40,380 bases of DNA. Source: Candidatus Komeilibacteria bacterium. Its GTDB lineage: Bacteria > Patescibacteriota > Patescibacteriia > UBA1558 > GWA2-36-10. The position numbers were made by a program, and so were the translations under genes. Positions 20,724 to 33,310 of this stretch are shown piece by piece (position 1 is the first letter of the stretch; each line of letters starts with the position of its first letter). The stretch is from assembly GCA_018656655.1 (NCBI GenBank), contig JABHYW010000040.1, positions 1 to 40,380 on the forward strand, written 5' to 3'. Under the pieces are notes generated by a model. The model did no database searches. It worked only from the letters and a program-made list of their open reading frames with translations, and was not told the origin of the DNA.

Positions 20724-23153
20724 TTAGCGTAAAATTGCCTTAAATTTTTTCTGTAAAATTGCTAAAATATCATCCATTAATTTATCTACATCTTCAGCTA
20801 ATAAAGTACGATCATTAGATCTAAATTCAAGATGCCAAGCTATTGATTTCTGACCCTCTTCAATGCCTTTCCCTGAAAAAACATCAAATGGCTCTAAATG
20901 ACGGATAAGTGGTGAAATTCTAACTATCTCAGCCTCTAAATCAGCCCATTTAAGGCCTTTATCTACCACTACTGCCATATCTCTGTAAACTGCTGGAAAT
21001 TTAGCTAGAGTGGCATATTTTTTAACTTTATTAATATATTTGAGTAGTAAAGTAAAATTTAATTGCCAAAAGGCTACATTCACATTTACATCGTTACTAT
21101 CAAATAAACCATCTTCTAATAAACCAAATTGTCCTAAAATAATATCTTTATATTTTATTTCATAAGCTATAGAAGCATATTCAATATCTGACTCTTCAAA
21201 TTCCACTTCAACATTAAGATGCTCCATCAAAGCGCTAAACATTCCCTTGATTGATAAAAATAAATCTTCTTTACTTTTCTTACTAACCTCAACTCCAGCT
21301 AAATATTTATCTTGTTTTGGTAAAAATTTCTTTCTAGAATCATCTGTGTGGTAAGTGCCATGACTAATTTTATCAAAAGTACGCTCTAACTCATAAATTC
21401 TGAATTCATCATACCAGCGCATATTCTCCTCTGCTCTAGCTAATAGATTTGGTAGTAAAGACATATTTAAATAAACCTGCTCAGGACTAAGAGCATTCTT
21501 TACCCTCAAATGATTATTTAATTCTAAGCCTAATTTTTTAGCCCAAGCTTGATTAGTAAATGGATAATTATAAAGCTCGTAATATTTTTGAGACAAGCTA
21601 AACCATCTTTTGATATCTCTAGCGGCTACATGATCTAAATTAACACTAGGGCTATCAATATTTACTTTTGGTAATTCAAACTTAATATTGTCATAACCAT
21701 AAATTCTAGCTACCTCTTCTACAATATCTTCTGGAATTGAAATATCTTTAGTGGCTCTAAAACTTGGCACTCCAATTGTAAAAGTCTTAGCTTTATATTT
21801 TAAATCAAACTTTAATCTCTGCAAAGTATCTTTAATCTCAGCTGTTGGGATAATTAAACCAAAACGATTATTAATTAATTCTTCAGATACTTCTAAGGTA
21901 ACTGGCTTGAATGGATTATTATCTACATCTACCAGCTTACTGGCAATATAAGCCTCGGGACAAAGCTGTAAAATTAATTCAGCTGCTCTTCTAATAGCCG
22001 TACCAGCCAAGACTGGATCAAGAGACTTCTCAAAGCGAGTTGAGCTCTCAGAACGAAGCCCAATAGCTGTAGCAGTACGTCTAACGCTAGCTGCTCTAAA
22101 ATTAGCAGACTCTAATATAATTTCTGATGTATCTATACCGATTTCACTATTTTGACCACCCATTACACCAGCGATTGCTACATATTTTTTAGCATCGGCA
22201 ATCATTAAGGCTCCTTCAGGTAATTTCCTATTTTCACCATCCAATGTAATAAACTTCTCTCCTTTAGCGGCCTGTTTAACTATAATATGATCTCCTTCAA
22301 TATGTTTGGCGTCAAAAGCGTGCATTGGCTGACCCAATTCGTACATAACGTAATTAGTCACATCTACAATATTATTAATAGGTCTAATCCCAACGGCCTC
22401 CAGTCTCTTCTTTAACCACCAAGGAGACTCGGCTACTTTAATATTTTTAATAGCTAAACCAAGATAACGAAAACAATTTTTTTTATCCTCTACTGTTACT
22501 TTTAATTTGGTTTCGTTTTTTCCTTTTAATTCAAAATTTGGATAGTCTTTTAATTTAAGTTTGTAAATAGCTGCTAATTCTCTAGCCAATCCATATTGCC
22601 CCCAAAGATCAGGACGATGGTTAATTGATTTATTATCAATATCAATAATAGTATCATTTAACTCTAAAGCTTCAGCTAATTCTTCACCTGCTTTTAATTT
22701 AAGTTCTGATAAATCAAGAATTTCTTTATCTGATTTTTGAGGAAAAAGATTTTCTAGGCCAATTTCTTCAGCGGCAGCAATCATACCACTAGATTCTACA
22801 CCTCGAATCTTAGTTTTAGCCATCATAACTAAATCACCTTCTCCGTGCCATTTTACTCTAGAGCCTACCTTAGCCACTGCCACTAACATGCCTTTACTAA
22901 GGTTTATACCACCACAGACAATTTGCTCTACACTATCTCCAATATCAACTTGGCAGACCTCTAATCTATCAGCGTCTGGATGTTTAGCTATTTCATTAAT
23001 TTTACCAACTACTATATCTTTTAGATTAGCACCTCGTTCAATCACCTCTTCTACTTCTACTATAGCCATAGTAAAATCTAGAGCCAATTGCTTTGTCTCT
23101 AAATCTTTTGGTAATTTTATCCAATCTTTTGCCCAATCAAGTGATAAATACAT
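20724..23153 (-). CDS. pheT: Phenylalanine--tRNA ligase beta subunit
   Basis: HPDADRL, RGVESSGM, INNIVDVTNY, GQPMHAFD, RFEK, EEVARIYGY, C-terminal FDX-ACB (RDMAVVV). Confidence 0.97.
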   Translation of the reverse strand: MYLSLDWAKDWIKLPKDLETKQLALDFTMAIVEVEEVIERGANLKDIVVGKINEIAKHPDADRLEVCQVDIGDSVEQIVCGGINLSKGMLVAVAKVGSRVKWHGEGDLVMMAKTKIRGVESSGMIAAAEEIGLENLFPQKSDKEILDLSELKLKAGEELAEALELNDTIIDIDNKSINHRPDLWGQYGLARELAAIYKLKLKDYPNFELKGKNETKLKVTVEDKKNCFRYLGLAIKNIKVAESPWWLKKRLEAVGIRPINNIVDVTNYVMYELGQPMHAFDAKHIEGDHIIVKQAAKGEKFITLDGENRKLPEGALMIADAKKYVAIAGVMGGQNSEIGIDTSEIILESANFRAASVRRTATAIGLRSESSTRFEKSLDPVLAGTAIRRAAELILQLCPEAYIASKLVDVDNNPFKPVTLEVSEELINNRFGLIIPTAEIKDTLQRLKFDLKYKAKTFTIGVPSFRATKDISIPEDIVEEVARIYGYDNIKFELPKVNIDSPSVNLDHVAARDIKRWFSLSQKYYELYNYPFTNQAWAKKLGLELNNHLRVKNALSPEQVYLNMSLLPNLLARAEENMRWYDEFRIYELERTFDKISHGTYHTDDSRKKFLPKQDKYLAGVEVSKKSKEDLFLSIKGMFSALMEHLNVEVEFEESDIEYASIAYEIKYKDIILGQFGLLEDGLFDSNDVNVNVAFWQLNFTLLLKYINKVKKYATLAKFPAVYRDMAVVVDKGLKWADLEAEIVRISPLIRHLEPFDVFSGKGIEEGQKSIAWHLEFRSNDRTLLAEDVDKLMDDILAILQKKFKAILR

Positions 23154-23154
23154 A

Positions 23155-24165
23155 TTAAAATTGTTTTAAAAATCTTAAGTCGCCTGATTGAAGTAATCTA
23201 ATATCATCAATCTTATAGCGCATCATTACTAATCTAGTAAAGCCAAGTCCAAAGGCAAAACCAGAATATTCTTTTGGATCAAGACCACCTGCTTTAATTA
23301 CTTTTGGATGTATTAAACCGCAGGGCATTAGTTCTAGCCAACCAGACTGCTTACAAACACTACAACCCTCTCCACCACAGATTAGACATTTAATGTCCAT
23401 TTCAAAACCAGGTTCCACAAATGGGAAAAAACCAGGCCTTAATCTAACATCCACTTCAGTATTAAAAAAAGTAGACAAAAATGATTTCATAACTGCAATC
23501 AAATTACCAATATTTATATCTTTATCAACCATTAAACCTTCCAGTTGATAAAAAGTATGATCATGACTAGCATCAGTAGCCTCATTTCTAAATACACGAC
23601 CCGGAAAAATTCCTCTGAATGGAGCTCCAAATTTTTCTAACATGCGAACTTGAAGATTTGAAGTTTGAGATCTAAGAAGTAAGCCTTGCTCTAACCAAAA
23701 AGTATCTTGAGCGTCTCTAGCTGGATGATCCTCTGGAGTATTCAAAGCTGTAAAATTATAATATTCAGATTCTACTTGTGGACCGTCATATACACCAAAA
23801 CCCATCTGTGCAAAAATATCCTCTATTTCGTATTGAACAATAGTAGAAGGATGAAGGTGGCCAGTTTCTTCTCTGGTACCAGGCATAGTTGGATCAAAAT
23901 CCGTTCCGCCGCCTGATTGTTTGTTTTTAATTATTCTCTCAGTCTTACTAAAAACACTAGCTAGCTCCATTTTTATTTCATTAGCCAATTTACCAATTTT
24001 TGGTTTTTCTTCAACAGCTAAATCTTTTACTTCTTTAAGAACATTAGTAAGCTCTCCTTTGCGTCCTAAATATTTAGTCTTTAAATCTAACAAAAGTTTA
24101 GAATCTTTAACTTCAGTTACTTCTTTTAAAAATTGTTCTTTAAGATCTTTTAATTTCTTTTCCAT
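23155..24165 (-). CDS. pheS: Phenylalanine--tRNA ligase alpha subunit
   Basis: HPARDAQDTF, LLRSQTS, GRVFR, FPFVEPG, GFAFGLG; start placed at MEKK (24165). Confidence 0.97.
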   Translation of the reverse strand: MEKKLKDLKEQFLKEVTEVKDSKLLLDLKTKYLGRKGELTNVLKEVKDLAVEEKPKIGKLANEIKMELASVFSKTERIIKNKQSGGGTDFDPTMPGTREETGHLHPSTIVQYEIEDIFAQMGFGVYDGPQVESEYYNFTALNTPEDHPARDAQDTFWLEQGLLLRSQTSNLQVRMLEKFGAPFRGIFPGRVFRNEATDASHDHTFYQLEGLMVDKDINIGNLIAVMKSFLSTFFNTEVDVRLRPGFFPFVEPGFEMDIKCLICGGEGCSVCKQSGWLELMPCGLIHPKVIKAGGLDPKEYSGFAFGLGFTRLVMMRYKIDDIRLLQSGDLRFLKQF

Positions 24166-24169
24166 ATAA

Positions 24170-24568
24170 TTAATTTTTTGCTCGCTCATTATTTTGACGA
24201 AATACTAATATTACAAACTCTACTACAGTAGCTAATATAATTAATAAAACCATATTCCACCAAGTAAGTATTCTAGCAGCTTGTAACATTAAAGCTAGAG
24301 TCAATACTGCGGAAAATATAATAGCCTGACGAAAAGATTCTGTAGCTATTATTTTTGGCCTACCTCTTTTTCTATTAAAAAGACTACGTAATAAAAATCC
24401 TAAAATAGATAGGCTTCCTAAAATGCTTAAAAACAGAATACTATAGAACATAGCGTAAACCAACCAAGAGCCTTCTGTAGGGTCAAAACTGCTTATAATT
24501 ATAAAAAAACCAAGCCATGCTAAGGCAGTGGCTAGTAACATTATTAAATTATACGCTTTGATGTTCAT
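24170..24568 (-). CDS. Hypothetical 4-TM membrane protein
   Basis: Four hydrophobic segments, DP and SFRQA motifs; ends 4 nt before pheS. Confidence 0.7.
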   Translation of the reverse strand: MNIKAYNLIMLLATALAWLGFFIIISSFDPTEGSWLVYAMFYSILFLSILGSLSILGFLLRSLFNRKRGRPKIIATESFRQAIIFSAVLTLALMLQAARILTWWNMVLLIILATVVEFVILVFRQNNERAKN

Positions 24569-24604
24569 CAATATAAATAATACAAGAAATACAAGTAAAA
24601 ATCA

Positions 24605-24630
24605 ATCCAGCCCTTCGCGAAGGGCTGGAT
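24605..24630. terminator. Perfect 26-bp palindrome, probable terminator after the dciA-like gene
   Basis: atccagcccttcgcgaagggctggat is self-complementary and is followed by tgattttt on the minus strand. Confidence 0.6.
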
Positions 24631-24644
24631 CAACCTCTTAACAA

Positions 24645-24941
24645 TTATGACAGAAAATTTAAATCTTCTACTATATTATCGCCTAGCTTACTATTTAAAC
24701 TAGTTATAAACAAAGCTTTATCTCGAAGTAACTGTTTTAACAAATCATCATCTAAAGCAGCAATTGTCAAAATACCATTCCTAAAATAAATAGCGCTCAT
24801 CTTATCTTTAGCTTGTTCAGACAAAAAATCAACTAACACTCTATTGGCCGATTCTAATACTAAAGACTCTTGAATCTGACTTTTGATTCCCTTTTTGTCT
24901 ACTGCCTTATCGGCTAAATCTTTAAAACTATTCCAAGACAT
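24645..24941 (-). CDS. dciA: DciA/DUF721 family protein (replicative helicase loader-like)
   Basis: FRNGILTIA...LITSLN-like SLNSKLG..IVEDLNF pattern and ~100 aa size. Confidence 0.6.
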   Translation of the reverse strand: MSWNSFKDLADKAVDKKGIKSQIQESLVLESANRVLVDFLSEQAKDKMSAIYFRNGILTIAALDDDLLKQLLRDKALFITSLNSKLGDNIVEDLNFLS

Positions 24942-24943
24942 AA

Positions 24944-27900
24944 TTATTTACTTAATTTAGCGTGCGGACAAATTGATTTAAAATCACAAGTGCTACAAAC
25001 ATGGCCTGGTGTAGCGGTGAAATCATGTTTGACAATATTATCTATAGTAGCTTTTATCCAATCTTTGGTTTTAGTAATTTCTTTTTCAGTTCCTACAAAA
25101 GATACAGCTGTATTATTACTTAAATAAAAGAAGGTTAAATCTTTAACTGACTGTTTAAATACTTCCTCAGAGGCAATCTGATAAATAAGTAATTGCTTTT
25201 TATCATCAAAACTAAGTTTTTCTTTAGCTCTACCAGTTTTATAATCAATAATCTCCCACGTGTCCTTCGAAGCCTTGCGCGAAGAAGGGGCCTCACTATG
25301 AACATCTACTCTATCAAACACACCCCGTAAACTATAATCTTTTACTTTAATAGTAAAGCCTTTTTCCAAAAACAATGGTGTTGCCCTTCGGCCTTGCTCA
25401 GGATCTTCGAGAAATTTCTTGTTAAACTTTTTAAAATAATCTTTTAATATTCTAATGCCATCTTGATAATATTTTTGTTTTTGATCTTCAGATTCATACC
25501 AATCATCAATCCAAGATTCTTCATAAAATCCTAATAAATCTTTTTGAGTAGGTTGTTTTATTTTCTTACCTTTAGAAAATAAATCTCCTTGGCCTAGTTC
25601 TGAATTATTAATTATTAACTGATAGAATTTTTGCAAAGTAGAATGCATTGTTTTACCAAAGCTAAAATAAGCATTGCCTTTAGTCGGTACTTTGGCTACA
25701 AAAGTATAAAAGTATTGCCAAGGACATGATTCATAAGCCCGTAACTGAGAAAAAGAAAATGTCTTAGGTACTGGATAATTTGGCTTAACTTGCTTAGCAT
25801 TTATTTTATCTGGCTCTTTAATTGGAGTAGTTATTTCTTTACTAGCAATTTTAATCTCATCTATAAAACGAGATGGCTTTTTAGTAGTAGAACCGCCGTA
25901 ATTTTTAGCCCAAGTTAGATACACTGCTTCTTTAGCTCTGGTCATAGCTACATAAAATAAACGACGCTCTTCCTGAAGATGAGCATCACCAGATGGTAAA
26001 TCCTCTTTAATGAATTGCTCAGGCATCTCTATTGGATCACGACGTGAAGTTGATGGAAATCTAAGATGAACTAAATTAGTAATAAATACATATTTAAATT
26101 CTAAACCTTTAGCGCCGTGCACAGTCATGACCTTAACTACATCTGGACCAGCCTCAGCGTCAAATTGCATAGCTCCCATTTCACCTGACTGCATCTCCAT
26201 ATCTAGAGTTTCTAAGAAATTATGAACTGAAGTATCTTCAATAGATTCTTCCTCCCAAGTTCTTACCTTTCTGAAAAACTGATTAAGAAAATGCAATTGA
26301 TCTGTATTGTATTGATTTTGTTCAATAGTCAACATATTAAGATAACCACTATCTTCAAGCCAATTATATATTACTTGAGAAACTGGCTGTTCTTTAGATT
26401 GCTCTGTATGTTTATCTATATCTGAAATTACTTTGGCTATTATTCTTTGATCTCCGACTGGTAATTGGATGTAACGATGATTACTCTTAGTTGCATAATA
26501 CAAACTCCAAGCTTTTTTTCTAGCTAGATGATTCAAATTAATAATACTAGCAATATTTAAACCAGTAACTGGCAAAGATAAAATTCTAAAAAATGCAGCT
26601 GACTCATGATAATTATCTAACAATTTAAGATAAGCTATAATATCTTGAACTATATCCTGAGCGTATAAACCACGAGAAGCCATAAACTGATGAGGAATAC
26701 CTATTTTTCTCATCATAGACACAAAGCCCTGAGCCTGATCATTAGCTCTAACCAATATAGCAAAATCAGACCAGTTCGTGTCTGGGTTTTTTTTCTTTAA
26801 ATCTACTATCTTAGCCAATATTCCATCTATCTCAGCATTTTTATCTATAAAGGATAAAACATCCACTGAGCCTTTAGCTTTGACATGACTGGTAAGTTTT
26901 TTGTTAAGTGGTGTCTTACCTTTTTTATATTGATATTCTAATCTATCTGGATCATTCTGCTGTATAAAATTATAAGCTGTATCTAATATTTTTTGTCCAG
27001 ACCTATAATTATCATTTAAAAATATCTCGCGGAGCGCTAGCGGAGCGTCCTCCGAAGCCTTGGCGAAGGAGGACTTATCCTTAGTATGTTCTTTTTTAAA
27101 ATTTAAAATATTTGATATGGCAGCCCCACGGAATTTATAAATAGCTTGATCGTCATCACCAACGACCATCAAATTATTAGCTGGGGCAGCTAATATCTTT
27201 ATCAATTCATACTGAGCCCAGTTAGTATCTTGAAACTCATCTACTAAAATATACTTAAATTGCTTCCTGAATTTTTTTAAAACCGGCGGACGCTTTTTAA
27301 ATAATTCTAAAGTATAATTTATAAGATCGCCAAAATCTAAAGCATTATTTTCTAATAACAATTGTTGGTAAACATGATAAGCATTAGCAACTTCTTTATT
27401 TCTAGCTATCTCTGCCTTTTCTGCCTCTTTGTCCTCAGCTTTAGTAGCGCTGACTTTCAAGCTCTTAGTATATTTAATATATTCTTCTGGATAAACTACC
27501 TCGTCTTTTAGTCTTGAAAAATGACTAAGCAAAGCATGGATAAATCTAGTTGGATTACCTAATGGCGCATAATAATTTAAATCAAACTTATCTAAATTCT
27601 CTCTAACTAACATCCAGGCAGCTGTCTGATCCAATAATTTAAAATCATTAGACAGTCCAATTTCTAAAGCATAGTCTTTAAGAACTTTTTCACAAAAACC
27701 ATGAAAAGTATGAATCCATAAATCGCTATAACCTAAAGGCAAAAGCTTGTCTACCCGTTCAATCATCTCACCAGCTGCTTTTTCAGTAAAAGTAACTGCT
27801 AATATTTCATCAGGCGTAGCTTTCTTTTTTTCTATTAAATAAGCTATTCGTTGGGTAATAACGGTGGTTTTACCAGTACCAGCCCCAGCAATTAAAATAG

Positions 27901-27967
27901 CCGGCCCCTGATCATGAGTGACCGCCTGTTTTTGATCTTTATTAAGATATGATAAATCAATTGCCAT
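24944..27967 (-). CDS. UvrD/PcrA-type SF1 helicase fused to a C-terminal PD-(D/E)XK nuclease with a putative Fe-S cluster (AdnAB/AddA-like)
   Basis: AGAGTGKT, TFHGF, VDEFQD, GDDDQAIY, NYRS, TVHGAKGLEF, EERRLFYVAMTRA; C-terminal SFSQL..CP, DRVD..EIIDYKTG, QL..Y, CxxC..C. Confidence 0.92.
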   Translation of the reverse strand: MAIDLSYLNKDQKQAVTHDQGPAILIAGAGTGKTTVITQRIAYLIEKKKATPDEILAVTFTEKAAGEMIERVDKLLPLGYSDLWIHTFHGFCEKVLKDYALEIGLSNDFKLLDQTAAWMLVRENLDKFDLNYYAPLGNPTRFIHALLSHFSRLKDEVVYPEEYIKYTKSLKVSATKAEDKEAEKAEIARNKEVANAYHVYQQLLLENNALDFGDLINYTLELFKKRPPVLKKFRKQFKYILVDEFQDTNWAQYELIKILAAPANNLMVVGDDDQAIYKFRGAAISNILNFKKEHTKDKSSFAKASEDAPLALREIFLNDNYRSGQKILDTAYNFIQQNDPDRLEYQYKKGKTPLNKKLTSHVKAKGSVDVLSFIDKNAEIDGILAKIVDLKKKNPDTNWSDFAILVRANDQAQGFVSMMRKIGIPHQFMASRGLYAQDIVQDIIAYLKLLDNYHESAAFFRILSLPVTGLNIASIINLNHLARKKAWSLYYATKSNHRYIQLPVGDQRIIAKVISDIDKHTEQSKEQPVSQVIYNWLEDSGYLNMLTIEQNQYNTDQLHFLNQFFRKVRTWEEESIEDTSVHNFLETLDMEMQSGEMGAMQFDAEAGPDVVKVMTVHGAKGLEFKYVFITNLVHLRFPSTSRRDPIEMPEQFIKEDLPSGDAHLQEERRLFYVAMTRAKEAVYLTWAKNYGGSTTKKPSRFIDEIKIASKEITTPIKEPDKINAKQVKPNYPVPKTFSFSQLRAYESCPWQYFYTFVAKVPTKGNAYFSFGKTMHSTLQKFYQLIINNSELGQGDLFSKGKKIKQPTQKDLLGFYEESWIDDWYESEDQKQKYYQDGIRILKDYFKKFNKKFLEDPEQGRRATPLFLEKGFTIKVKDYSLRGVFDRVDVHSEAPSSRKASKDTWEIIDYKTGRAKEKLSFDDKKQLLIYQIASEEVFKQSVKDLTFFYLSNNTAVSFVGTEKEITKTKDWIKATIDNIVKHDFTATPGHVCSTCDFKSICPHAKLSK
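25262..25288. repeat. Family B element in frame in the nuclease domain (PSSRKASKD)
   Basis: gtccttcgaagccttgcgcgaagaagg. Confidence 0.8.
25384..25410 (-). repeat. Family A element in frame in the nuclease domain (LEDPEQGRRA)
   Basis: cccttcggccttgctcaggatcttcga; removal gives KKFPTPLFLEKGF. Confidence 0.85.
27029..27073. repeat. Family B element (SSFAKASED) plus adjacent 18-nt GC-rich insert (APLALR) in the helicase
   Basis: gtcctccgaagccttggcgaaggagga at 27047-27073; gcggagcgctagcggagc at 27029-27046. Confidence 0.8.
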
Positions 27968-28011
27968 ATACATAATATTAACTGAAAACTATACTTTTGG
28001 CAAAATTAATA

Positions 28012-28039
28012 CCCCCTCCCAGATTTCTCTGAAAGGGGG
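28012..28039 (-). terminator. Probable terminator of the atp-carbonic anhydrase transcript
   Basis: ccccct..caga/tctg..aggggg stem 10 nt after the stop codon. Confidence 0.55.
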
Positions 28040-28049
28040 CCTAAACAGT

Positions 28050-28502
28050 TTATTCAACAACTTTGTACTCTAATCCTTGAGGTGCACTTTTACTATAAGC
28101 CATAATGATCTCTAGATCATCAGGTAGTTCTCTAACCAACATCTCTTTAACCGTACGCATGTCCCTAAGATAGATGCTTTCTTCTTCATCGGCTGAAGGA
28201 AAAGCTTTAGAGCCACCATAGCCCCCGCAATCCCAGTGCCACAGAAGAAGTAGTTTCTTAACTTTGTGCAAACCAATAGAAACCGATACTATCTTGTCAA
28301 CAAAGTCTGTCTTGAAACCATTATTTTTCAAAACATCTTTAGCTGCACCTGGCCAAGAATAAAGATCAAAATCATCAAAACCCAAACCACGCTCCACGAA
28401 TTCTTGGTCAGTTTTACGGAATCTGAAATCCACGCACTTGATGACTGCCAATGGGCACTCGTGCATCTTTAACTTGTCATTGGGTACTGTGAAATTAGCC
28501 AT
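28050..28502 (-). CDS. Putative beta-class carbonic anhydrase-like Zn protein
   Basis: C-x-D-x-R (CVDFR) and H-x-x-C-G (HWDCGGYGG) motifs. Confidence 0.75.
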   Translation of the reverse strand: MANFTVPNDKLKMHECPLAVIKCVDFRFRKTDQEFVERGLGFDDFDLYSWPGAAKDVLKNNGFKTDFVDKIVSVSIGLHKVKKLLLLWHWDCGGYGGSKAFPSADEEESIYLRDMRTVKEMLVRELPDDLEIIMAYSKSAPQGLEYKVVE

Positions 28503-28519
28503 AACTTTGTATTCCTTTC

Positions 28520-28990
28520 TTAGTTGTTGTGTCCTGTTCTTACCCCTCTTTTCTTATATTTCCTAACTACCTTCAGACGAGCCATCTCTTTTTCAATCTG
28601 AGCTCTAAACATAATAAAAGACTCAGCATCAGCTAGTTTAGTCTTCAAAACTTCTTCGGCTTTCTGCCTAGCTGCTTCAGCACGCTCTTCATCGATATCT
28701 TCAGCACGTTCAGCAGTATCAGCTAAAATAACTACTTGATCAGGTAAAACTTCTACAAAGCCACCTGAAATAGCCATCAAATCTTCATCCTTCGCTAAAG
28801 CTATGGATGACGCGTCTTCTTTTTTATTATGTTTAACTACTATCTCACCTGAAGCTAGTTGGGAAACTAGCGGTATATGATTTGGTAAAATAGTAATTTC
28901 ACCCATTACTGTAGAAATGGAAACCTGAGATACCTTTTCTTCAAAAAGTATCTTTTCTGGAGTTACTATTTTTAATTTCAAATCTTTCAT
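28520..28990 (-). CDS. atpC: ATP synthase F1 epsilon, with repeat-derived insert
   Basis: IVTPE, GEITILPNHIP, ISGGFVEV, DIDEERA. Confidence 0.97.
   Translation of the reverse strand: MKDLKLKIVTPEKILFEEKVSQVSISTVMGEITILPNHIPLVSQLASGEIVVKHNKKEDASSIALAKDEDLMAISGGFVEVLPDQVVILADTAERAEDIDEERAEAARQKAEEVLKTKLADAESFIMFRAQIEKEMARLKVVRKYKKRGVRTGHNN
28785..28811. repeat. Family B element, opposite orientation, in frame in atpC (SSIALAKD)
   Basis: Reverse complement gtcatccatagctttagcgaaggatga, with a compensatory A-T pair in the stem. Confidence 0.8.
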
Positions 28991-29000
28991 TTATATAAAA

Positions 29001-31306
<2,306 letters not shown>

Positions 31307-31324
31307 AAATATTAATTAATATTA

Positions 31325-32854
31325 TTATTTATTTTCTTCAACTTTTTCTTCTAGCTCTACTAGGTCATCAATGATGGTTTTAAGTTTTTGTTCATCACCG
31401 TCTGAAAGTTCACCACTTTTTTCAATACTAGCTAAAACATCTTTACCTTCAGCTTCCATTCTAGTAAATAATTTTTGCTCAAAGACAGCTAAATTAGCTA
31501 CTGGTACTTTGTCTAAATGACCATTAGCAGCTGCGTAAATAATAGACACTTGCTTAGCTTGTGATAATGGAGCAAATTGTCCCTGTTTTAAAATCTCAGT
31601 AATACGGGCACCACGATCAAGTAATTGTTTAGTAGCATCATCTAAATCTGATCCAAATTGAGCAAAGGCTTCCATTTCTCTATATTGAGCTAAGTCCATC
31701 TTTAATTTACCAGCTACTTTTTTCATAGCTTTCTTCTGAGCAGCAGAACCTACACGAGATACTGAAAGTCCAGTTGATAGAGCTGGCCTAACACCTTTAT
31801 AAAATAAATCTGTTTCTAAGAAAATTTGACCATCGGTAATAGAAATTACGTTGGTTGGAATATAAGCTGAAATATCACCAGCTTGAGTTTCAATAATAGG
31901 AAGAGCTGTTAATGATCCTCCACCCATGGCATCACTCATCTTAGCAGAACGTTCTAATAATCTTGAGTGAACATAGAAAACATCACCAGGATAAGCTTCA
32001 CGTCCAGGAGGTCTCTTTAGAAGTAGAGAAATCTGACGATAGGCTACAGCGTGCTTTGATAAATCATCATATATAACTAATACGTCTTTTCCTTTATCCA
32101 TGAAATATTCTCCCATAGAACATCCAGCGTAAGGAGCAATATAAGATAGAGCGGCTGATTCAGATGCACCAGCTAATACTATAGTAGTGTAATCCATAGC
32201 TCCAGTCTCTTCTAACTTAGCAACGATTCTAGCAATTTTGGATTCTTTTTGACCGATAGCAACATAAATACAAACTACATCCTTGCCCTTTTGATTAATA
32301 ATAGCATCAATAGCTAAGGCAGTTTTACCAGTTTGACGATCACCAATAATAAGCTCACGTTGTCCTTTACCAATCGGAATAATAGCATCAATTACTTTGA
32401 TACCAGTTTCCAATGGTTGAAATACTGACTGACGAGTAATAACACCAGGAGCAATCTTTTCTACTGGATAGTGATCTTTTGATTTAATGGCACCTTTACC
32501 ATCAATGGCTTCGCCAAGTGGGTTTACCACACGGCCAACTACTGCTTCACCAACTGGTACTTCAAGAATACGTTTGGTTCGCTTTACTTTGTCGCCTTCT
32601 TTTAAAGCTGTATATTCACCTAAGATGATAGCACCAACGGCAAATTCTTCTAAGTTTAAAACCACACCGTAGACTTTGTCTCCAGCCTTGGTTTCAAATT
32701 CAAGCATCTCGGAAGCCATGACATCTGATAATCCAGAAACTTTGGCAATACCGTCACCTACTTCGATAATTTCACCGACTGTCTCTTCTTTAACATCTGA
32801 CTGCCAGTCTTCTAGTTGCTTTTGCAAACTTTTTACTAAATGATCGTAAGACAT
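31325..32854 (-). CDS. atpA: ATP synthase F1 alpha
   Basis: [26 protein letters not shown]. Confidence 0.99.
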   Translation of the reverse strand: MSYDHLVKSLQKQLEDWQSDVKEETVGEIIEVGDGIAKVSGLSDVMASEMLEFETKAGDKVYGVVLNLEEFAVGAIILGEYTALKEGDKVKRTKRILEVPVGEAVVGRVVNPLGEAIDGKGAIKSKDHYPVEKIAPGVITRQSVFQPLETGIKVIDAIIPIGKGQRELIIGDRQTGKTALAIDAIINQKGKDVVCIYVAIGQKESKIARIVAKLEETGAMDYTTIVLAGASESAALSYIAPYAGCSMGEYFMDKGKDVLVIYDDLSKHAVAYRQISLLLKRPPGREAYPGDVFYVHSRLLERSAKMSDAMGGGSLTALPIIETQAGDISAYIPTNVISITDGQIFLETDLFYKGVRPALSTGLSVSRVGSAAQKKAMKKVAGKLKMDLAQYREMEAFAQFGSDLDDATKQLLDRGARITEILKQGQFAPLSQAKQVSIIYAAANGHLDKVPVANLAVFEQKLFTRMEAEGKDVLASIEKSGELSDGDEQKLKTIIDDLVELEEKVEENK

Positions 32855-32858
32855 ATTA

Positions 32859-33260
32859 TTAATTACTTAATTGTTTTGCTAAATTGTTTAATTGATGTCT
32901 GATAGACATATCTATAATTTTATCATTATATTTTATTACTGCTCCACCAACAAGATCTTTATCTTCTTCAGTTTTTACTACTACTTCTTGTTTAGTTTTG
33001 GCTTTTACTAAATCACTAATCTTTTTAATTTCAGTTTTATCTAATTCTGCTGGACTAGTTACTTTAGTAGCTACAATACCTTCGTTTAAAAAATGAATAT
33101 TTTCAAGTTCAATTAAAATACTTGGAATCATAGAAACTAAGTAATGTTGACTTAAATAAGCAGAGAAATTAGCAATGACCTTATCTAATTCTTTGCCTTT
33201 CTTATCTTTAGAAGCTTCATATAAAGCTAGGGCTAAAATTTTAACTTGATTCTTTTTCAT
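32859..33260 (-). CDS. atpH: ATP synthase delta (short form)
   Basis: C-terminal OSCP motif [21 protein letters not shown]; position between atpF and atpA. Confidence 0.9.
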   Translation of the reverse strand: MKKNQVKILALALYEASKDKKGKELDKVIANFSAYLSQHYLVSMIPSILIELENIHFLNEGIVATKVTSPAELDKTEIKKISDLVKAKTKQEVVVKTEEDKDLVGGAVIKYNDKIIDMSIRHQLNNLAKQLSN

Positions 33261-33290
33261 TTAACTCTTTAATATATATTTATAATTAAA

Positions 33291-33310
33291 TCCTGAGCGA
33301 AGTCGAAGGG
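33291..33310 (+). repeat. Family A core, intergenic, opposite orientation
   Basis: tcctgagcgaagtcgaaggg, abutting the atpF stop. Confidence 0.75.

Noticed and set aside
24605-24630. Perfect palindrome as another mobile repeat (contains cccttcg)
   Set aside because: It is single-copy and positioned like a terminator; the match to family A is too short.
32859-33260. Short atpH as a pseudogene
   Set aside because: The ORF is intact with the C-terminal motif and sits in the correct operon position; short delta subunits are common in CPR.
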